Origin: Patescibacteria group bacterium UBA7435
GTDB lineage: Bacteria; Patescibacteriota; Minisyncoccia; Phycocordibacterales; UBA918
Length of the DNA stretch: 64,000 nt
Direction: 5' to 3'
NCBI GenBank assembly: GCA_002477545.1
Contig: DLQJ01000007.1
Span: forward strand, 19,942 to 83,941
Shown here: piece by piece, positions 58,679-64,000 of the stretch
Position numbering within the stretch: the first letter of the stretch is position 1
How the letters are laid out: each line of letters begins with the position of its first letter
The notes under the pieces: generated by a model
What the model saw: only the letters and a program-made list of their open reading frames with translations
Database searches by the model: none
What the model was told of the DNA's origin: nothing
Program-made: the position numbers and the translations under genes

Positions 58679-60382
58679 TTACACGATTTTTCCATTATGC
58701 AATCGATACACCATACGTGCAAGCCGTATCTGATTGTAATCGTATTCCTCATTTGTCGCTTCAAAAATAGGCTTCAATTTTTCAGTACCAACCTCATCCA
58801 TTACTGCCTGTAGTACCTCATATTCATCACTCCAATTTTTATACTGTGACGTAAGCGAGACAAGATCACTGTCAGTTAGATCTTGATCAACTACCAATTT
58901 CTCTAAGTGCGTCCAGACTGTCGATTCTCCAATTTTTCGTTTCTTTGCAATCTGTGGGACGGTATTTCCTTCGAGTAATGCTTCTTTAGTAAGGGCAAAT
59001 GTACTTTCTTTCTGAACCCGCTCGTACCCCTTCTTCTCCTGTACTTTAATTTCACCACTGACGTACTCGCCTCCTGAAGCTTTCACAAACGCCTTGTGCA
59101 TAGATTCAATCTCGTCTTCTTCCATTTCAGTAAAGGCATCTTCTGCTTGACCTGATTCATCTCTAAAGCGTGCGTCAATGGAAACAATCTTCGGGTCAAC
59201 ACGAAGTGCCGTTGGACTCATACCCAGCATCTTTAATCCAGCCAAAGTTCGCACCCGAGAAAGTGCTACATATCCCTGCCCATACACAAACGCTCGAGAA
59301 AGATCAATCTCAGCAGCATCAAGTGACATTCCCTGACTCTTGTGTACGGTAATAGCCCACGCAAGCCGCAATGGTACTTGAGTAACCTCAGCAAGTACTT
59401 TGTTATCCTCCGCCATACTCCAACTGGTTGGCTTAATGGTAATCTGCTTCCCTTCGGTGGTTTCGATTATTGGGTTTCCATCCTCACCATCAAAGTTCAC
59501 CACCCGTCCCAACGTTCCATTTACATACCCCTCCTCAAAGTTGTTCTTCGTACACATCACCATCGCTTCTTCCTTAAGTTCCAAAAGTTCAGGAGACAGA
59601 CAGTTCTTAGCTAATCCTTGTTGCATGATCTTATTCCCCACCCCACTCATCTTGAAACGTGTGACAGAACCTCCAAGCTCACCAAGTTTTGTTGCATTCA
59701 CTGAATCAACGTCGGCGTTGTGGGTATAGAGTTTCGTTGGCTCAATACCTTCATACGCAATCTCAGTTTGTTCCGAAAGGAGTGTAAAGTGCTCATCATC
59801 CACGTCGTTTTTTCGAATAGATTGCAGAAGACTTAAGAGCATCTCGTCTTCCTGACGATACTGATCGGTAAGGTAGCAAATAAGTGGTCGCGCATCTTCC
59901 CATCCACGTGATTCAAATGCGTAGCGCATCATGTCCCCCTGCCGAGTAACGGGAGGCAACTGAAAGAAGTCACCTACAAAAATTGTCTGGATACCACCAA
60001 ATGGTTCAGAACTCTGACGAATGGTCTTGCAGACAATATTCACCATATCAACCAACTTCCCATCAAGCATCGAAATCTCATCAATCACCAACACCTGTGC
60101 CTTCTTCACCCGCTTTACAATCTTTTCTTTGGTAGTAATCTGCTCAAGATCGTACTCATTAAGTTGATCGCGCGCGCCAATACCACTCCATGCATGGATT
60201 GTCATCCCACCAATGTGCGTTGCAGCAATCCCGGTACTCGCCGCCACAGCGACCTTCACCCCACATGCCTCAAGGTACGCAATGTATTGGTTGATCACAT
60301 ACGTCTTACCAGCACCCGGTTCTCCCGTTAGAAACACATTTCCTCCCGTCTTCAGAATTTCAAGCGCTCTGTCTTGTGTCAT
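58679..60382 (-). CDS. PIF1-family DNA helicase with C-terminal HTH
   Basis: TGEPGAGKT, STGIAA, IDEISM, GDFFQLPPV, WAITVHKSQG, YVALSR. Confidence 0.92.
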   Translation of the reverse strand: MTQDRALEILKTGGNVFLTGEPGAGKTYVINQYIAYLEACGVKVAVAASTGIAATHIGGMTIHAWSGIGARDQLNEYDLEQITTKEKIVKRVKKAQVLVIDEISMLDGKLVDMVNIVCKTIRQSSEPFGGIQTIFVGDFFQLPPVTRQGDMMRYAFESRGWEDARPLICYLTDQYRQEDEMLLSLLQSIRKNDVDDEHFTLLSEQTEIAYEGIEPTKLYTHNADVDSVNATKLGELGGSVTRFKMSGVGNKIMQQGLAKNCLSPELLELKEEAMVMCTKNNFEEGYVNGTLGRVVNFDGEDGNPIIETTEGKQITIKPTSWSMAEDNKVLAEVTQVPLRLAWAITVHKSQGMSLDAAEIDLSRAFVYGQGYVALSRVRTLAGLKMLGMSPTALRVDPKIVSIDARFRDESGQAEDAFTEMEEDEIESMHKAFVKASGGEYVSGEIKVQEKKGYERVQKESTFALTKEALLEGNTVPQIAKKRKIGESTVWTHLEKLVVDQDLTDSDLVSLTSQYKNWSDEYEVLQAVMDEVGTEKLKPIFEATNEEYDYNQIRLARMVYRLHNGKIV

Positions 60383-60464
60383 AGTGCACGCAGTCTACCA
60401 TTATTGAAATGATGTGGAAATAAAGACCTACTCAGAGGACGCACAGTGCGTTACAATGTATGGA

Positions 60465-62390
60465 ATGAAAAAGGGTTCTTCACGATCTTTGACGGTTCGT
60501 CACGCAGATGCAAAAAAAAAGAAAATCACCGCCAAGAAAGCGGTTGTTAAAAAGTCTGCAAAAAAGACCGTTAGGAAAGTGAAAACCGTTACTAAGAAAG
60601 TGATTAAGAAGGTCGCTACAAAGAAGAAAGTGACTGCAAAGAAAACTCCTGCTAAAAAGACCATAGCTAAAACTGTCGCAGTAACACCGATTAAACGTGA
60701 ACCATTAGGTCATCTTCTTATTGAAAAACTCTTACGAGAAGCTGGGTTTCGTGGTGGCGTCTCAACGAACAAAGACATCCTTACACGATACAGTACTGAC
60801 GAAAGTATTTTTTGCATCCGTCCTCAGATTGCACTGCAGCCAAAAAATCAAACCGATATAGAAATTGCCGTACAAACGCTGCAAAAAGAAACTAACCGCT
60901 TCCCTTCAGTATCACTCACACCCAGAGCTGCTGGTACAGGACTTTCTGGTGGGTCGCTGACTGACTCGATCGTGATGGATGTCACAACCCACATGCATCA
61001 CATTGATGAAGTAGTAACTCACAAAGGAATAACAACCATTACCTGCGAACCAGGAGCGATGTGGCGAGATGTTGAAAAGAAACTTAAAAAGCACGGGGTT
61101 TATCTTCCTTCCTACCCTGCTTCAAAGGACATCTGTTCTATTGGAGGTGCTGTTGGTAACAACTCAGCAGGTCCAGATTCATTGCGTTACGGACACACCG
61201 CAGACTGGGTAGAATCACTAAACGTCACCCTGCACGATGGAAATACATACACCCTACGACCGCTTACATACAAGGAATACAAAATTCTTATTAAAAAGAA
61301 GAACGCACACGCCGAAATTGCCAAAGAAATTTTTGAGCTTATTGAAAAGAACGAAGAGTCAATCCAGCGCTGCAAACCCAAGACAAAAAAGAATTCTGCA
61401 GGATATCCTCTATGGGACGTTATGTCTACAACCGTTGCAAGCTTCAAGAAAGGAAACGGTACATTTGACCTAACCCACCTTATCTCAGGAAGCCAAGGAA
61501 CTATTGGAGTCATAACCTCAATAACGATGCGTACTGAGCCGATCCAAAACAACACACAATTAATTGTTGTGCCGGTATTTGATTTGCTTGATGCAGGAGC
61601 GGTTATCACTAAAGCACTTGAATTCAACCCAAACAACATCGAACTCTTCGATGGCTTCACCTTTGACTTAGCACTTAAAAACCCAGAATTCTTTAAGGAT
61701 CGACTCGGAAAGATCGACTACTATAAAGTGCTCTTGTCTATGTATACGACGTACCATGTACGCTACGCACGAAAAACTCCTGAGTTCACGCTTCTGATTA
61801 CTTTAGACACTGAAAAACTCGGAAAGCGGTCGGTTGCAGGTATTGTGAAAACATTGCGTGCAAATCGTGGTAAACGAGCGCGACTGGTACAAAACACTAT
61901 TGAAAAAGAAATGTTCTGGCAGATTCGTCGTGCAAGCTACACCCTTTCAAAATTCCAAGATCCAAACAAACGTCCTGCTGCCTTCCTTGAAGACATGACC
62001 GTGCCTCCGCAGAATCTTTCGCGTTTCTTTGTTGATATTAAAAAACTCCTAAAGAAATTTAATGTAACTGCAGCAGTACATGGACACGGAGGTAATGGAC
62101 ACTTACACTTCTATCCTCTATTAGATTTCACGAGTAAAGCAACTCCAGCGTTGGTAGAAAAGATGGCGGAAGAATTCTTTGCAACAGCTGTAAGGTACGA
62201 TGGAAATATTTGTGGTGAGCATAACGATGGAATTATTCGTACTCCACACCTCAACAAAATGTTTAATAAGAAAACATTAGAAATGTTCCGTACCGTTGAA
62301 CATACTTTTGACCCCACTGACATCTTTAATCCCGGAAAGAAGGTAAATCCTCGTTTTGATGTGAAAGAGTCTTTACGGAAGACAAATTAA
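60465..62390 (+). CDS. FAD-linked oxidoreductase (GlcD/Dld-like) with Lys-rich N-terminal extension
   Basis: PRAAGTGLSG, CSIGG.VGNNS.G, GSQGTIG, HGHGGNGHLH, GEHNDG, FDP..IFNPGK. Confidence 0.88.
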   Translation: MKKGSSRSLTVRHADAKKKKITAKKAVVKKSAKKTVRKVKTVTKKVIKKVATKKKVTAKKTPAKKTIAKTVAVTPIKREPLGHLLIEKLLREAGFRGGVSTNKDILTRYSTDESIFCIRPQIALQPKNQTDIEIAVQTLQKETNRFPSVSLTPRAAGTGLSGGSLTDSIVMDVTTHMHHIDEVVTHKGITTITCEPGAMWRDVEKKLKKHGVYLPSYPASKDICSIGGAVGNNSAGPDSLRYGHTADWVESLNVTLHDGNTYTLRPLTYKEYKILIKKKNAHAEIAKEIFELIEKNEESIQRCKPKTKKNSAGYPLWDVMSTTVASFKKGNGTFDLTHLISGSQGTIGVITSITMRTEPIQNNTQLIVVPVFDLLDAGAVITKALEFNPNNIELFDGFTFDLALKNPEFFKDRLGKIDYYKVLLSMYTTYHVRYARKTPEFTLLITLDTEKLGKRSVAGIVKTLRANRGKRARLVQNTIEKEMFWQIRRASYTLSKFQDPNKRPAAFLEDMTVPPQNLSRFFVDIKKLLKKFNVTAAVHGHGGNGHLHFYPLLDFTSKATPALVEKMAEEFFATAVRYDGNICGEHNDGIIRTPHLNKMFNKKTLEMFRTVEHTFDPTDIFNPGKKVNPRFDVKESLRKTN

Positions 62391-62500
62391 GTCGTAACCA
62401 ACTCAAGTATCACATAAGTTTGAACTAGTGCCCTGATCACGTTTTTTGACATGGTATAGTAAAAATATCGTAGAGACTATTACATATAATATCTATAGTT

Positions 62501-63106
62501 ATGAAACAATACCGAATGTATGTAGCGGAGTTTATTGGAGCAGGTACACTTTCTCTGGCGGTTCTTCTTTCCGTTAGTACTGAACTGGGAACACTCGCAA
62601 CCCCCATCCTTGCAGCCTTAGTCCTTGGACTCTTTGTCTATACCATTGGAGGTGTTTCTGGATGCCACATCAACCCAGCAGTTACATTGGGCGTGTACGC
62701 ACGAGGGAAAATTAAGCTGGCACAAACTGTAGGATATATTGTTGCGCAATGTCTAGGCGCATTTGCGGCGATATTAATAGTAAGCAACACTGTTATGGAT
62801 CTAAGTGGGTACACAATGACTACACCAGAATCAATGAGTGTCTTTATTGCTGAATTTATAGGCATGGCCTTATTTACTTTCGGTATCGCAAGCGTTGCTT
62901 TCGGTAAGGTATCTCAGGTTGCTTCAGGAGTAGTTATCGGAGGTTCCCTACTCTTAGGAATCACAGTGGCATCATTACTCGGCTCAGCTGGGGTACTTAA
63001 TCCTGCAGTTGCATTAGCGCTGGGGACAGTAAGCTACAGTTATCTAGGTGCGATGATCTTAGGATCAATTGCTGGTATGCACTTGCATGGATGGCTGTGT
63101 GAGTAA
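62501..63106 (+). CDS. MIP family channel (aquaporin-like)
   Basis: AEFIG, SGCHINPAVT, second NPA. Confidence 0.92.
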   Translation: MKQYRMYVAEFIGAGTLSLAVLLSVSTELGTLATPILAALVLGLFVYTIGGVSGCHINPAVTLGVYARGKIKLAQTVGYIVAQCLGAFAAILIVSNTVMDLSGYTMTTPESMSVFIAEFIGMALFTFGIASVAFGKVSQVASGVVIGGSLLLGITVASLLGSAGVLNPAVALALGTVSYSYLGAMILGSIAGMHLHGWLCE

Positions 63107-63164
63107 GTTATAAACAAATTCTTTTAAGTTAACAGGAGTATAGTAAGAAAGAAAGGAGTTCTTT

Positions 63165-63404
63165 ATGGACAAACCAACACAAGCTGTTTTGGTAAAATCC
63201 ATTGATCTTACCAAAACAAGTATCGCTAAAATTACGCTCCATACTGGTGAATCTATTTCAATTAAACCTCATGTTGAACCCAAAGGGATTCTCTATGGAA
63301 GAGTCCCTCATGACGCACCAGGAAAATGGGGTACCTTACAAAATAAGCCACTAGAATTTAAAGTAGGCACTGTTCCAAGTTTATGGGACACAACCAAAGA
63401 ATAA
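63165..63404 (+). CDS. Orphan hypothetical protein
   Basis: AAAGGAG SD; terminator at 63403-63431. Confidence 0.55.
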   Translation: MDKPTQAVLVKSIDLTKTSIAKITLHTGESISIKPHVEPKGILYGRVPHDAPGKWGTLQNKPLEFKVGTVPSLWDTTKE

Positions 63405-63522
63405 ACCACCCAAATTTGGGTGGTTTGTTTTACTTATAGAGATTAATTTGACAAATTATATTTTAGTGGTATTTTTATGCAGTCAGTGCTTTTGCTGACA
63501 TAAGCAAGAAGAAAGGAATAGT

Positions 63523-63702
63523 ATGAGATTTGTACTATTACTGACACTTTCTTTGGTGCTTGTAACACCCATTACCGCAGCTGCGCAAGCAGTCGGGTGC
63601 GACAAGACACATACTTCTGAAAAGAAGAAAAAGACGTGTCACTGGACTCTTACAAAGGGAAAGGTTTGTCCGGAAACGGCAAGCTCGAAACTGAGTAAGT
63701 AG
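63523..63702 (+). CDS. Small protein (59 aa) with hydrophobic N-terminal helix and basic Cys-containing tail, not in the ORF track
   Basis: AAAGGA SD; MRFVLLLTLSLVLVTPITAAAQ...; TTGACA promoter at 63448; hairpin at 63716-63742. Confidence 0.6.
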   Translation: MRFVLLLTLSLVLVTPITAAAQAVGCDKTHTSEKKKKTCHWTLTKGKVCPETASSKLSK

Positions 63703-63779
63703 TTCTACATCAACGAGTTCAGCGGATTAATTCGCTGGACTCACCTTGACAGATTTTTGTATCTAGGTACTATTGTCTA

Positions 63780-63892
63780 TAGGTGCTGATGTACACCAAC
63801 TTCTTGCTTATCGTTGTCGGGCTAGCGGTAGCCTGCAACAACAAATATCATCAATATAAAACCTGGTCGGCGAAATTTCGCCGGCCTTTTTC
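63780..63892 (+). ncRNA. Candidate ~110-nt sRNA
   Basis: TTGACA(63746)-16-TACTAT promoter, two hairpins, terminator GGTCGGCGAAATTTCGCCGGCCTTTTT; 12-nt complementarity to the upstream mRNA leader. Confidence 0.55.
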
Positions 63893-64000
63893 TTTGGGGT
63901 GTGACCATAACCATGCCACTTATCGAACTAATCATCAAAGTACAGAAGAAACGGAGTGCGAAAGTAAGCTTCAACGGTATATAGAATTTTGTGTAGATAC

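Overview
This window looks like 64 kb of ordinary chromosome from a small-genome bacterium, very probably Patescibacteria/CPR (Parcubacteria-like). That call is an inference from the VirB2/TrbC-like pilins, short-form AspRS, PIF1 helicase, GatB/YqeY protein and SD-less core genes. The coding content is mostly housekeeping: trpS, aspS, gltX, cysS, scpA/scpB, dacA-like-mraY-ftsW-murG, zwf-gnd-pgl, murI, lexA, ung, rpmA/rplI/rplU, dnaB, recR, rmuC, truB, msrAB and transporters. I saw no rRNA, tRNA, CRISPR array, transposase or phage module. The interesting signals are mostly non-coding or small: (1) a minimal T-box riboswitch with an Asp (GAC) specifier in an ultrashort stem I; (2) a promoter- and terminator-bounded structured RNA with micro-ORFs lying between scpA and scpB; (3) a ~280-nt multi-hairpin leader on a lytic transglycosylase whose hydrophobic N-terminus has no canonical start codon; (4) a small-protein mRNA plus a separately promoted complementary sRNA near 63.5-63.9 kb; (5) a dif-like 11-6-11 site with inverted repeats at 22.3-22.8 kb; (6) two families of intergenic repeats, one with covarying base pairs; (7) an unrecognised ~50-70-aa domain present four times in two orphan ORFs; and (8) a split between apparently leaderless core genes and self-contained orphan cassettes with strong Shine-Dalgarno sites. 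All calls were made by eye; no searches or folding programs were run.
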